A stretch of 64,000 bases of DNA. Origin: Candidatus Bathyarchaeota archaeon (GTDB lineage Archaea; Thermoproteota; Bathyarchaeia; Bathyarchaeales; Bathycorpusculaceae). Location of the stretch: the NCBI GenBank assembly GCA_963702095.1, contig OY969706.1, forward strand, positions 128,001 through 192,000, read 5' to 3'. Shown in pieces: positions 28,790 to 39,023 of this stretch. Position numbers and translations under genes: made by a program. The notes under the pieces were generated by a model that was given only the letters and a program-made list of their open reading frames with translations, had not been told where the DNA came from and did not search any database. Each line of letters starts with the position of its first letter. Positions within the stretch are counted from its first letter, which is position 1.

Positions 28790-29778
28790 TATACATGACC
28801 TCATTGCGATCTCTCGGACCATCTTTAATACGCATAACCACCGCCGGCTCCTTAGGAGCAGCCCTCCACATAGGCAAAGGCGAACCAGACATGGTAGACC
28901 AAACCGCACTGGACTTTTCCCGAGCAGTCCTCAACCAAACAGAGATTGACGGCGAAGTCATCTGTTGCGAAGGACCCAAAGACAACGCCCCCGCCTTTAA
29001 CAACCGCGAAAAAGTCGGCACCGGCAACGGACCCAAAGTCGAATTTGTCATCGACCAAGTTGACGGCACCACCGCAACTTCAAAAGGCAGAAAAGATGCC
29101 ATTTCCGCTTTAGCATGCGCCCCCGCAGGCTGCCTCCAAGTGCTACCAGACGACGGCTACTACTTTAAAGTGGCAACCAACGGCATAGCGAAAGGCAAAA
29201 TAAACCTCGACATGTCCATAGAGGAAATCGTGCAGACCGTAGCCAAACTCAAAAAACGACCATTAGCCAACTTCACTGTCATCATGCTTGAGCGGCCCAG
29301 ACACGACGAATTGCTAAAACGCCTTAGAAAGATAGGGGTACGAATCATCCTCATCACCGACGGCGACATCGCCGGTTCCATCGTCACTTGCCTACCGGAC
29401 TCAGGCGTAGACTTGCTTTTAGGTGCAGGTGCAGGCGCAGAAGCCACAATCGCAGCCACCGCAGTGAAATGCCTCGGCGGAACCATGCTGGTTAAGGTTT
29501 GGAAAGACAAAAAAGACGACCCCAAACGCATGGAACGGTTAAAAGCTGCAGGCGTCGACGTGGAGAAAACCTACACTGAAGACGAGTTAGCGAAGGGCAA
29601 CGAAATGATTTTTGCTGCTTCAGGCGTTACCAAGGGCGAAATGCTTGATGGCGTACGCTTTATCCAAGGCGGCGCAAAGGTGCAGTCGCTTTGCACACGG
29701 TTGCCCAGCGGCACAATCGAGTGGTCTCAGACTATTCTAAAGTTCAAAGAGCACCCGATCTACAAACAAATAACCTAA
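28786..29778 (+). CDS. glpX: Fructose-1,6-bisphosphatase class II
   Basis: EG..DNAP..EKVGTG, DQVDGT, ERPRH, TDGD, FAASGVT.G.MLDGVRF. Confidence 0.88.
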   Translation: MIYMTSLRSLGPSLIRITTAGSLGAALHIGKGEPDMVDQTALDFSRAVLNQTEIDGEVICCEGPKDNAPAFNNREKVGTGNGPKVEFVIDQVDGTTATSKGRKDAISALACAPAGCLQVLPDDGYYFKVATNGIAKGKINLDMSIEEIVQTVAKLKKRPLANFTVIMLERPRHDELLKRLRKIGVRIILITDGDIAGSIVTCLPDSGVDLLLGAGAGAEATIAATAVKCLGGTMLVKVWKDKKDDPKRMERLKAAGVDVEKTYTEDELAKGNEMIFAASGVTKGEMLDGVRFIQGGAKVQSLCTRLPSGTIEWSQTILKFKEHPIYKQIT

Positions 29779-29864
29779 ACCTCTCTTCCATTTTTGTGGA
29801 AGACCTTTTTTTAGACTCAAACCTATGGGCTACTGTTTACTAAGAAATACCGAACATGGGTGAA

Positions 29865-30461
29865 TTAGGCGTGGGTATGAGTGTGTTGGTGCTCATGTTC
29901 ATCTTCAGGGAACGTCTGCCCAGCCAACTCTGCCAACTCGTGGTAGCGTTCATCCACAATTTCATGGAGCCGCTTGAGTAATTCTTCACCGGTAATGTTG
30001 CGTCCCTTAAGCATAGCCATTTTTTTGGCAAGTTCCTCGTCGCCAAGCCCCCTAAACCATGCTTCGAAGTCGCCGCGTTTGAAGTGGAATTCAAGCGATA
30101 TCGGGTCAACCTTGTCGATTTTAACTGTGAAGTCCCGCAGGTTATGGGCGTGGATGCTGAGTGGTTGACCGACTGTCGAGTAGAAGCTGAATGCTCTGTC
30201 GTGTGGGGCATAGGCAAGTATGGCTGTGGCTTTTTCTTTGGTGATTTCGGGGAAGCCCAGAGTTTGTTTTCCCCGTGCTGATATGATGTAGAGTCCTTTT
30301 TCTGGGGATGAGATGTAGCCCATGCGTTGGAGTCCCAAGAGGTGCATCATGACAGGCTGGAATTCTTTGTGTGCATCCTTAGCGATGTCTGTGGCTCTCA
30401 TCGGTTTTTCGTTGAGGAACATACACTCCAGAATTTCCTTTTTAATAGGTGATAAACTCAT
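29865..30461 (-). CDS. wHTH + DUF5752-like domain protein with His-rich tail
   Basis: AFSFY...AHNLRDF...SLEFHFKRGDFEAW..LGDEELA. Confidence 0.7.
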   Translation of the reverse strand: MSLSPIKKEILECMFLNEKPMRATDIAKDAHKEFQPVMMHLLGLQRMGYISSPEKGLYIISARGKQTLGFPEITKEKATAILAYAPHDRAFSFYSTVGQPLSIHAHNLRDFTVKIDKVDPISLEFHFKRGDFEAWFRGLGDEELAKKMAMLKGRNITGEELLKRLHEIVDERYHELAELAGQTFPEDEHEHQHTHTHA

Positions 30462-30629
30462 TTTGTTGGCACCTGCCTGTATCTGCTATGTAAATCGGGG
30501 CTAATCAAACTTTTCCTCAACAAAGCATAGAATAAATGGTACCGCTTGGTTTAGGCGGCTTCTTTGAATAAGTAAAGCTTTAGTACACTGTTTCCCACCT
30601 AATCCTATAATAATGGTGACTCTTAAAGG

Positions 30630-31880
30630 ATGAAGATAGCTGTTTTTGTCTACGAGTACCCCCCTAAAATCGTTGGGGGACTAGGAACCTACGCTGCAGA
30701 AATCACCCGCAAATTCGTTTTAAACGACCACGACGTAACCGTCTTCACCATGAACGATGACGCGGGCTCTTTACCGACACGTGAAATCTGGCGCGGCATA
30801 GAAATCCACCGCCCCCTCCACATCGACGTGTCCGATTCATTGCCTGATGTCATAGCCGAAGACATACGCAAATGGGGCAGAGGCATCCACCTCTTCGGCA
30901 AACTCATGGTTTACAACTACCTCTCCGCGGCTAAACTGGTTAACGAGTTGATCAAGCGCGAAGGCATGAAATACGACATTGTAGTGGCGCATGACTGGCT
31001 CTCCGCTATGGGCGGTATAACGGTGAAGCGGGAAACGGATTTGCCCTTTGCTTTCCACGTGCACAGCACCGAGAAAGGCCGCACTATGGGCAACGGTTCA
31101 GGCGTCGTAAGCAACATAGAGTTGCGTGCAGGCAAAACCGCTGATATGGTTGTCACAGTATCGTACGCCATGAAAGACGAACTCATCGGATTGGGTTTTC
31201 CACGAGACAAAATTCAGGTAAGCTACAACGGTGTGGACCCACAGAAGTATAACCCTGCAAACGTTAACCCCGCCGATATCGCGCGTATCCGAGCCAAATA
31301 CGGCATAAAGGACGACGAATTCATGATTCTTTTCTTAGGCCGACTCGTCGGCGTCAAAGGCGTAGACAAACTTATCATGGCATTGCCCCATATCCTAACC
31401 AAAATCCCCAAAGCCCGCTTGGTCATCGTTGGCGTCGGCGACTTGCAGGAGTACCTCCAAAACCTCACTCGCACCATACGCCTCAACGAATACGTCAAAT
31501 TCTGCTTGGACTTCATCCCTGAAGAAGAACGCATCCTCCACTATGCTGCCTGCGACATAGCTGTGTTCCCAAGCTACTATGAACCCTTCGGCATCGTTGC
31601 TTTGGAAGCTATGAGCATGGAGAAACCGGTTGTGGTGGGCGCGGCAGGCGTGAGCGGCATGCGGGAGATCGTTATTTGCTGCGGCGAAGAGCAATGTGGC
31701 TACCACATCGACCCCAACAACCCCAGCGACATCGCTTGGGGAGTCATCAGCGCCCTCGAAAGCAGGGACCGCATGAAGATGCTGGGCAAAAACGGCAGAA
31801 AACGCGTCTTAGCAGAGTTCACATGGAACAAGATCGCAGAGAAAACCATTGCACTCTACGAAACCATCGCTAAACGGTAG
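30630..31880 (+). CDS. Glycosyltransferase family 4 (glycogen synthase-like)
   Basis: EYPP..VGGLG, AHDW, GRL..KG, EPFGIVALEAM. Confidence 0.9.
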   Translation: MKIAVFVYEYPPKIVGGLGTYAAEITRKFVLNDHDVTVFTMNDDAGSLPTREIWRGIEIHRPLHIDVSDSLPDVIAEDIRKWGRGIHLFGKLMVYNYLSAAKLVNELIKREGMKYDIVVAHDWLSAMGGITVKRETDLPFAFHVHSTEKGRTMGNGSGVVSNIELRAGKTADMVVTVSYAMKDELIGLGFPRDKIQVSYNGVDPQKYNPANVNPADIARIRAKYGIKDDEFMILFLGRLVGVKGVDKLIMALPHILTKIPKARLVIVGVGDLQEYLQNLTRTIRLNEYVKFCLDFIPEEERILHYAACDIAVFPSYYEPFGIVALEAMSMEKPVVVGAAGVSGMREIVICCGEEQCGYHIDPNNPSDIAWGVISALESRDRMKMLGKNGRKRVLAEFTWNKIAEKTIALYETIAKR

Positions 31881-31885
31881 CACCT

Positions 31886-32500
31886 TTGCCTGAAGATAAT
31901 GAACTAAAACGTCGAGTAGCACGGGAAGCCGCCACACTGCTCTATTTTGGAGCAGAAAAAGAGTACAAACAAGCCAAAGACAAAGCCGCACAGACTTTGG
32001 GGACACATTTTTTGCCCTCCAACCTTGAAGTCGCCTTGGAACTCGACAAGATAGCGGAGGAAAACGAAGGCGACCGCCGCAAAGCCCGCTTAATTGAGAT
32101 GCGGCAAGAAGCCCTTGCCGTGATGCATCTTTTGAGTGCTTATTCGCCCCTGTTGATCGGCAGTGTCTGGCGTGGGACCATAAAGATGGGTAGCGACATC
32201 GACGTCGCCGTCTACACCGACGATCCCCAAAATGTTCTAAGTGTGCTAAAATCTGGCGGAGTAAAAGTTACTCGGACCGCGTGGACAACGGTTAACAAGA
32301 AAGGCGCCACTTTGGAGTCCTTCCACATCTACGCCCAAACCCCGGCGAAGCATGGGCTGGAAATCGTGGCGCGCAGTACAGAGGAAGCAGGTAAAAAACG
32401 TCGATGTGAAACTTTTGGGGACGAAATCAAAGGGCTAACCATAAGGGAACTCGAAAAAACGTTGCAGACCAACCCGACGCAGCAGTTCATTCCACGGTAA
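31886..32500 (+). CDS. Nucleotidyltransferase-domain protein
   Basis: LIGSVWRG...SDIDV pol-beta motif. Confidence 0.8.
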   Translation: MPEDNELKRRVAREAATLLYFGAEKEYKQAKDKAAQTLGTHFLPSNLEVALELDKIAEENEGDRRKARLIEMRQEALAVMHLLSAYSPLLIGSVWRGTIKMGSDIDVAVYTDDPQNVLSVLKSGGVKVTRTAWTTVNKKGATLESFHIYAQTPAKHGLEIVARSTEEAGKKRRCETFGDEIKGLTIRELEKTLQTNPTQQFIPR

Positions 32501-32571
32501 GTCCGAAAAAACCGTTTTCTACATCAATAAAGAAAATAAACTACCGTTTCTAATTTTATTAATGATGGCTA

Positions 32572-32981
32572 ATGGCTATTGAGAAAAAATCCCTCAAAAA
32601 AATGTTCCCCCATCTCTATGAAGAGTTAGAGTTAGGAGAAGCCAAAGTTCCAATTGATGCTGTTCGGAAGTCTCCTTTGGAAGCGGAGTTAGCAGCTGAA
32701 GAAGTTGAAGAATGTGAATGCGACGAATGCCATGAACCCGCAGAGGAATGCACCCAGAATCCTGACAAACTGCGCCATTTCAACCCACAAGCAGTTGATT
32801 TTCTTCGTCGATGCGACACTGAAGCGCAGGCGGAAGAGATCATTGCTTACTTGGAGAAGAAGGGTGAAATCACCAAGGAGTATGCTTCGGAGTTGCGGTG
32901 TCAGCTTAAGCGGGATGGCGTTAGGAGTTTTGGCCCAAAAAAGAGGAGAACCATTACTTTCGGGAAGGCGGCATCTACTAA
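32572..32981 (+). CDS. DUF2095-family protein (frameshift in an A run near 32940)
   Basis: KMFPHL..EL, DFLRRCDT...EIIAYL..KGEI, GVRSFGPKK; alternate frame ends EENHYFREGGIY*. Confidence 0.75.
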
Positions 32982-33079
32982 CCGTCCGAATGAGGTCTTT
33001 CCAAGTTTATCCTGTTTTTGGCTTTTTTTGACGAAATCCCTTAATTAGTTCGACAAATAGTCCTCTATTTGGGAAAATT

Positions 33080-33259
33080 ATGTGTGAATTCAACGTAATC
33101 TTAAACAGTAAAATCCAAATCAAAGACATAATCTACGCTAAAGCCGAAGAGGACAAAGTCGTGGTCAGAGATGTCATGGGCTCGGCTATGGAGTTCAAAG
33201 GCTGCAAAATCGTCGAAGTAGATGTAGCCAACGCACGGCTAGTGTTGGTTCAGGCATAA
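33080..33259 (+). CDS. CooT-family nickel-binding protein (59 aa; absent from ORF track)
   Basis: MCEFNVILN...VVVRDVMG...KIVEVDV..ARLVL; N-terminal MC. Confidence 0.8.
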   Translation: MCEFNVILNSKIQIKDIIYAKAEEDKVVVRDVMGSAMEFKGCKIVEVDVANARLVLVQA

Positions 33260-33704
33260 GCTTAGAATCCAAGTTGAGGCTAAGCCTGTTCAACTAACAA
33301 AGTTCAGCCATATGTTAACTGACCCGCAAAACAAACCCAATTGATATAATCGCAACAGATCCACTAAGCCAGTCAGTTAATGTTGACAACTGTTCTAAGC
33401 CTAGTTGATTCAGCTTGCTCCTCAACTTGGTAATTAAAAAGTAATTTTTAGCCTTTATTTATGTTGTTTGTACTGTCTTGGCTCAAAAAGCTGCAGTGGA
33501 AACCGAGGGGTAAAGCATGAATCTATCTAAAAAACCATGGAAACCCAGCGCCTGAACGCTATCCATGTTGGGTATATAAGCAAACAAGCGCCAAACCGCA
33601 GATTCCAAGATGGGTTAATTGCTTTTTTGGCTTTATATATCAAAACGTTAACTAGTTAAATGAGCATGAGCCGTCGCCAGCGGTTTTGGTAAGGAACTAC
33701 CGAA

Positions 33705-34376
33705 ATGAGTAACCGGCAAAAATTTCAAAGCGACCTAGAACTTCTAATAGACAGGTTAACCTGTAATGCGTCACCTATCGTTGACCAGAAACTTACTCTC
33801 TTAAAAGATTGGCTCATAAAACTCCAACAAGAAAACATCGTAAAAATCAACCACTCCGTCATGGAGTTGGTCTGCGCCAAATACCTCCTCGAAAAAGACT
33901 ATGAAATCCAACTTGAATACCCCCTCAGCGAACTTTTAATCTGCGACTTATATGGCGTTAAAGGCTTAGGCAACCTCATCGTGGAAATAGAAACTGGCTT
34001 CATCCCACCTGATAACGCTTTGGCACCCCTAACCTACACCTCCGCGCGGTTAGCCAGCAAAATTGTCCGTTACAGCAGTTTCGCAGGCAAATTCGCTTTA
34101 GGTGTGCCTCCGCATTATATTTTGCCGTTTCCACAGGTTTTTGCTAAGCCTCCCCGTAACCGCACCGACCAAGAAATCGAGGTAATCAAAGCCCTAGTTG
34201 ACGCCTACTACCATAAACCCCCTGTTACTTTGGATGAAATCAGGAATGCCCGCATCCAAGAAATCTACATAATCGACGTTGACCGCGGCAAAGTACAGGA
34301 GGTCGACCCTGAAACCTACCTCAAGAGGGCAATGCAAAAAGGGGTCGTCTACGATTACCTAACACCTATGTGCTAG
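33705..34376 (+). CDS. Hypothetical protein, possible PD-(D/E)XK fold
   Basis: ICDLYG...IVEIETG; long ORF. Confidence 0.7.
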   Translation: MSNRQKFQSDLELLIDRLTCNASPIVDQKLTLLKDWLIKLQQENIVKINHSVMELVCAKYLLEKDYEIQLEYPLSELLICDLYGVKGLGNLIVEIETGFIPPDNALAPLTYTSARLASKIVRYSSFAGKFALGVPPHYILPFPQVFAKPPRNRTDQEIEVIKALVDAYYHKPPVTLDEIRNARIQEIYIIDVDRGKVQEVDPETYLKRAMQKGVVYDYLTPMC

Positions 34377-34390
34377 GAGCAAACGGGCAA

Positions 34391-34660
34391 ATGTCGTTTT
34401 ACGTTTACATCCTGCAATGCGTAGACGGAACCTACTATACAGGCTACACTAAAGACCTCGCCGAACGTACAAGGCAACATGAGAATGGCAAAGGCGCCAA
34501 ATACACCAAATCTCATCGCCCACAGAGAGTGGCGTATGTAGAACTTTTTGGCGCCCGAGGTGCAGCGATGAAGCGGGAACGGCAAATCAAAAAGCTGAGT
34601 CACCAGCAAAAGCTGGCGTTAATTATTTCTCAGGATAAAGGTCAACCACCCAAAAAATAA
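34391..34660 (+). CDS. GIY-YIG nuclease family protein (YhbQ-like)
   Basis: YVYILQC.DG.YYTGYT.D..R..QH..GKGAKYT. Confidence 0.92.
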   Translation: MSFYVYILQCVDGTYYTGYTKDLAERTRQHENGKGAKYTKSHRPQRVAYVELFGARGAAMKRERQIKKLSHQQKLALIISQDKGQPPKK

Positions 34661-34745
34661 GTAAAACATGCTTCCGAAAGATTTTTGACTATCTAATCAG
34701 GAAGGGCAAAACATCTCAAAAACTGCAGAAAGCATTGGTCCGCTT

Positions 34746-35999
34746 CTAAATCAGCAGCGTCAAGAATGCCCCGGTTAAAATTGGTATCAAAACATTGTCG
34801 TTGACTGGGAGGGGCAAAACTTCAATGGTCATCGCAAACGCAGCGCCCACCAACGCCAATGGTGGTGGAACAAAAAAGCTCCCGGCTAAAAACGCGAAGA
34901 AGAATCCTGCGAGGGAGCCTTCCCATGTTTTGCCCTTGTTAAATGGCAGAGAGGTTGAGATTGTCCCGCCGAACAAAGATGCGGTGCTGTCGCCTAAGCA
35001 GAACATGGCTATGGCTGCACTGCCTGCGTGCGTAGGAAACAGAAGCAGGGTTGCCACTATGCCGAAGGCGAAGTAGAGGGGGGCAGCGGCGAAACCAAAA
35101 AGTTCTGACTGCGAGGCCGCATGGCTGGTTACTGCGGAGACAACGGGTATGGTGCGTCCTTCTAGGCGAAAGAGTTCGGAGACTGTGTAGATGATGGCTA
35201 TTATGGTTATGATGATTGCCACGGCTGGGATACTGATCATGCCTGCGATGACGGGCATAAAGAAGCCTGCTGCATGGATGTCTTCTCGCACTAAGTCGTT
35301 GGCACTGGGAAAGGTGCGTTTGTGGGGTTTGCCGTCGATGATGGGCAGTATGCCTAAGAGTTTACCGTTAACAACCCTGTCCGCAACCACCCTTATCACG
35401 AAGTCAGCGTTGAACCCGATTTTTAATGCACCCGGAAGAAAAATACAGCGGTTGTTTCTGTCGTCGCCCACTACAACGCAGTCTCCCACCAGAAGCCTTT
35501 CACGGTTTAGGATTTCGCAGAGAATCGATAGTTTACCGTTTTTGGCTATGGCGTCGCCGCTGATTTGACCTGTTAAGCGCCCGTCTTTTTGTTCTACTTC
35601 GATGCCGTAAGCGTAGTCGGCGCCTACGCATTCAGCTAATTTCTTGACTAGAATCGTCGGTAACCCCGAGGTGATAAGGGCTGTTTTGCAGTTGCGTGCT
35701 TTAAGCTGCATGAAAAGGTTCTGCAGAAACGGCGTTGCAGGTATCTTGTTAAAAACCTTGACCATATCGTCGACTTTGACGCCTTTTAAGTCGCCGTAGA
35801 TGTGTCGCAGCGTAGATTCAAGCTTAAGAATGCCTGCTTCATAGAGGAAACCGAAGAAAAGCAGCTTAATCAACATAAAGAAACCCAAAGTTTTGCCCAT
35901 TTCAAATAAGAAGCGATTTTTGGGAATCAACACTCCTTCAACGTCGAAAACGACAAGCCTATGCTTCTCCTTATGAGCCATTATCTGCTTGACACTCAC
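34746..35999 (-). CDS. HAD (SerB-like) domain fused to a dolichol/phytol-kinase-like membrane domain
   Basis: FDVEGVL, ITSG, K, VGDDRNN; then REDIH, LGDSTASLFG, KGKTWEGS, NDNVLIP. Confidence 0.75.
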   Translation of the reverse strand: MSVKQIMAHKEKHRLVVFDVEGVLIPKNRFLFEMGKTLGFFMLIKLLFFGFLYEAGILKLESTLRHIYGDLKGVKVDDMVKVFNKIPATPFLQNLFMQLKARNCKTALITSGLPTILVKKLAECVGADYAYGIEVEQKDGRLTGQISGDAIAKNGKLSILCEILNRERLLVGDCVVVGDDRNNRCIFLPGALKIGFNADFVIRVVADRVVNGKLLGILPIIDGKPHKRTFPSANDLVREDIHAAGFFMPVIAGMISIPAVAIIITIIAIIYTVSELFRLEGRTIPVVSAVTSHAASQSELFGFAAAPLYFAFGIVATLLLFPTHAGSAAIAMFCLGDSTASLFGGTISTSLPFNKGKTWEGSLAGFFFAFLAGSFFVPPPLALVGAAFAMTIEVLPLPVNDNVLIPILTGAFLTLLI

Positions 36000-36041
36000 A
36001 GAAACTGTTTTGGTAAGAAGGAGGGCTTACTTAGAAATAAA

Positions 36042-37388
36042 TTATGCTGTTGACGTGCAGCCGTGTTCTTTGTTTTGGAGTTCAAGGGGACATCCGCCGC
36101 CGCAGACCTGCAACTCCCCGCAGTCCCTGCATTTCTCCTCCACGTAAGCGCGGCTCCGCAATTTGATGGCAAGGGGGTTGTTCCAGATTTTATCCCAGGG
36201 CTCGGTTAATATGTTGCCGAGGCTTTCGAAGTAGCTTTGGCAGGGGTACACGTCGCCGTTGGGGCCGACGCAGGCGTTTATCATGGCGGCAGTGCAGCTT
36301 TTGATGCCTAAACCAAGTTGGACAGGGTCGAATTCGCAGTACTGGGTAGGCGTATACCAGAGGAATTTGAGGTCAAGCATGTTGGCTTTGTCGCGGACCT
36401 GCGGCAGAAGCGTCTTCAACTCTTCAACTGAGAGCGCGAACTCGTTGCTTGCCGCTGGGGCTTTGCCGCTGTAGATGAGGCTGTTGCAGCCAAACGCATC
36501 CACACCCAACTCTTTAATGTAGTCTATGGTTGTTAAGAAGTCGGCGGCATTGTACTTGCTAAGCGTCGTGTTAGTGGAAACGTAAATCTCTGAGTGCACA
36601 GCGTTTTTTATGCCCATAACGGTTTCTTTCCAACTGCCCTCAGCTTTAGTCATTGCATCATGCACCTGAGGCTTATGGGATTCAAGCGTAATCTGCACGA
36701 AGTCCAGCCCCGCCTTCTCCAGCGCATCCACGTAGGCTTTGTCTTTGAGGCGTCGCCCATTGGTGATTAAGCCCGAGACCATGCCTTTGTTTTGGGTATA
36801 CTGGAGCAGTTCAGAAAGGTCATCGCGGACGGTAGGTTCGCCGCCTGTGAATGTTAAGATGAAGACGCCTATGCTGCTTAGTTTGTCGATTACCGTTTTC
36901 CACTGTGCGGTGGTGAGTTCGGGGGTTTCATGTGGTCCGCCGGCGTAGCAGTGGACGCAGTTGTTTTGGCATCGGAAAGTCAACGCCATATCCATGCGCA
37001 GTGGCGCCGAGTACTGGTGGCTGAAAGGTTCTGCTTTTTCGATTTCGAGATAGGTGACGGGGTCGATTTTCTGTGTTTGCGCCAACGTGCTGATGGTGTA
37101 GACGAGGCGTTGGTAATCCATTTTTGCCTCTTCAGCTTTAACTCGGTACATGCGGCGGATTTTGGCGACCGCCTCTTTCTCGGGCAGCCCCTGCATGAAG
37201 TAGTAGGCGTAAGCGGTTGCAGTCTGGTTTAGGTGCAAGACGTTGTTGCCGTTGATGACCATGACGCCTTGCCCGCCCTCTTCAATGCGCAACTGCAGCG
37301 ACATCCCCGCAAACTCGTCTGTTCCACGGTAACTGTAGCGTCCAGTGGGAACCGTCTGTTTTTTACCTAAGTGTTTTAGGAAACTCAT
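36042..37388 (-). CDS. Radical SAM/SPASM enzyme with N-terminal PqqD/RRE-like domain
   Basis: CQNNCVHC, TGGEP; SPASM C..G.VYPC...CxxCx5CxxxC; LHLNQTA...AKIRRMYRV..EEA..D RRE-like pattern. Confidence 0.9.
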   Translation of the reverse strand: MSFLKHLGKKQTVPTGRYSYRGTDEFAGMSLQLRIEEGGQGVMVINGNNVLHLNQTATAYAYYFMQGLPEKEAVAKIRRMYRVKAEEAKMDYQRLVYTISTLAQTQKIDPVTYLEIEKAEPFSHQYSAPLRMDMALTFRCQNNCVHCYAGGPHETPELTTAQWKTVIDKLSSIGVFILTFTGGEPTVRDDLSELLQYTQNKGMVSGLITNGRRLKDKAYVDALEKAGLDFVQITLESHKPQVHDAMTKAEGSWKETVMGIKNAVHSEIYVSTNTTLSKYNAADFLTTIDYIKELGVDAFGCNSLIYSGKAPAASNEFALSVEELKTLLPQVRDKANMLDLKFLWYTPTQYCEFDPVQLGLGIKSCTAAMINACVGPNGDVYPCQSYFESLGNILTEPWDKIWNNPLAIKLRSRAYVEEKCRDCGELQVCGGGCPLELQNKEHGCTSTA

Positions 37389-39023
37389 TTAGTGTCCTCC
37401 TCCTCCCGCACACGCGCAAGCACAGGATACGCAGGCGCAGGCACAAGCACACGCGGCGCAAGCGCAGACGCAGCCTTCTTTGTGTGGAGCTGGTTGGTGG
37501 CTGGTTTTAGGCGGCGGAGGAACGATGGAGTTGGCGAATTTTTCGAGGTTGACGACGACGTTGTTGGCGGTGCCTTCGACTGCGGTGGCGATGTTGTTGG
37601 CGAATTCGGCGCCTGGAATCGCCATGGGTTTAGGCGACTGTGCGGGTGCGGATATGTTGGGTGAATATGCGGGGTGGGGGTGATAGATGGTGTAGCCGTA
37701 CCACCACCAGAACCACATGGGCTGTGGCTGGAAGGGTCGGTTTTGGAAGGTGGTTTCGGTTCTGCTACGCTGGTTAGGATCCATCATCAGCCACAGAAGC
37801 TGCTCGTCGTAGGCGTTTGAAGCTAACTCGAGGGTGCCCGCCTGCTCCACCTGCGTCCAAGCCTTCGCCACAATCCGCCGGTAATAATCCACCGTATCCT
37901 TGCGGCTGTAGCCCTCCAACTTCTGCTCCACCGTGTCACGGAGAAACATGACGGTGTGCGCCAACTTTGCCTCGTCGAGGCTGCCGTCTTCTTTGAGGGA
38001 GTGCAAAAAGTCGATTTCGTAGTAGCGCAGGGGGTTCTCTTTGGTGCCGACTTTGTCTTCGTAGGGCGGCAGCACCTTAAGTTTAAGCGAGGGCTTGGTT
38101 TCTGTTGCCCACACCGCACGTTTCTGCAGTAGGCTGTAGAGGATTTCAGTGACGACTTGCGTGGGTTTGAGGTCAAGGAGGTAGGAGGCTTCGACTGCGG
38201 TTAAGCCGCGTTTGACGCCTAAGGTTTCCATGCTGACTTTGGGGGACTGGTAGTTGCTCTTGCTCTTGCGGAAAACCCACACGATAATGAACAGGAAAAA
38301 GATGACTGCCGCAAATACGCCTGTGACTGCAATGGTTTCTCCCCAACCGCCGAAGCCGCCTCCGCTGGGTGGAGTATAATTGGGCAGGGCACTGGAGGGA
38401 AAAGACACACCCAAGATTACCTGATCGTTTGGTCCAATGGAGCCGAGCCCCCAATAAACCGCTAGCCTGCCCTCGACGGTGGAGGTACCGTTGTAGTAGT
38501 TCTGGGTCGTTTTCACATCATTAGTCGAAACACCCGGAGGCAATACAATCTGTACTCGCACATCGTTAATGGGTTGATCCGATATCCACTGCGGCGCAAA
38601 TTCCATGCCATAGTTGCCGGGGTTGGTGGTGTCGTTGCTTATCATACCGCCGACGTTGGTGGTGACTTGGAACCAGACGGATTGCCCAGCGGAGAGGGGC
38701 TGATTTAGGGTTACGTCGACTCGGTAGTCGCTTCCACTGCTTGCGTCGGTGACTTGGAGGTTGTTGCCATACTGGTCTGTTGCTTGCCCGATGGTGAAGT
38801 CGCTGTTGGGTTGCCCCACATAGAACCCGTGCATCGTCCCCTGCGATACAGAGACCGAGATGTTGTAGATTAGATCCACGGTGCCATCTTGGTTTATGAA
38901 GAGTTGCGCCCACTCATGGTCAACACTGTACACCAAACTCTGAGCTTGGGCACCCCCGACAGCGGAAAGAGCCACTGCCAAAACCAACACAGCAGCCAAA
39001 ACAAGGGGCAGACGCTTTACCAT
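37389..39023 (-). CDS. Signal-peptide, single-TM protein (DUF2207-like ectodomain) with C-terminal 10-Cys (CA)n tail
   Basis: Signal peptide, one TM near residues 232-252, ends GCVCACAACACACACVSCACACAGGGGH. Confidence 0.85.
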   Translation of the reverse strand: MVKRLPLVLAAVLVLAVALSAVGGAQAQSLVYSVDHEWAQLFINQDGTVDLIYNISVSVSQGTMHGFYVGQPNSDFTIGQATDQYGNNLQVTDASSGSDYRVDVTLNQPLSAGQSVWFQVTTNVGGMISNDTTNPGNYGMEFAPQWISDQPINDVRVQIVLPPGVSTNDVKTTQNYYNGTSTVEGRLAVYWGLGSIGPNDQVILGVSFPSSALPNYTPPSGGGFGGWGETIAVTGVFAAVIFFLFIIVWVFRKSKSNYQSPKVSMETLGVKRGLTAVEASYLLDLKPTQVVTEILYSLLQKRAVWATETKPSLKLKVLPPYEDKVGTKENPLRYYEIDFLHSLKEDGSLDEAKLAHTVMFLRDTVEQKLEGYSRKDTVDYYRRIVAKAWTQVEQAGTLELASNAYDEQLLWLMMDPNQRSRTETTFQNRPFQPQPMWFWWWYGYTIYHPHPAYSPNISAPAQSPKPMAIPGAEFANNIATAVEGTANNVVVNLEKFANSIVPPPPKTSHQPAPHKEGCVCACAACACACACVSCACACAGGGGH

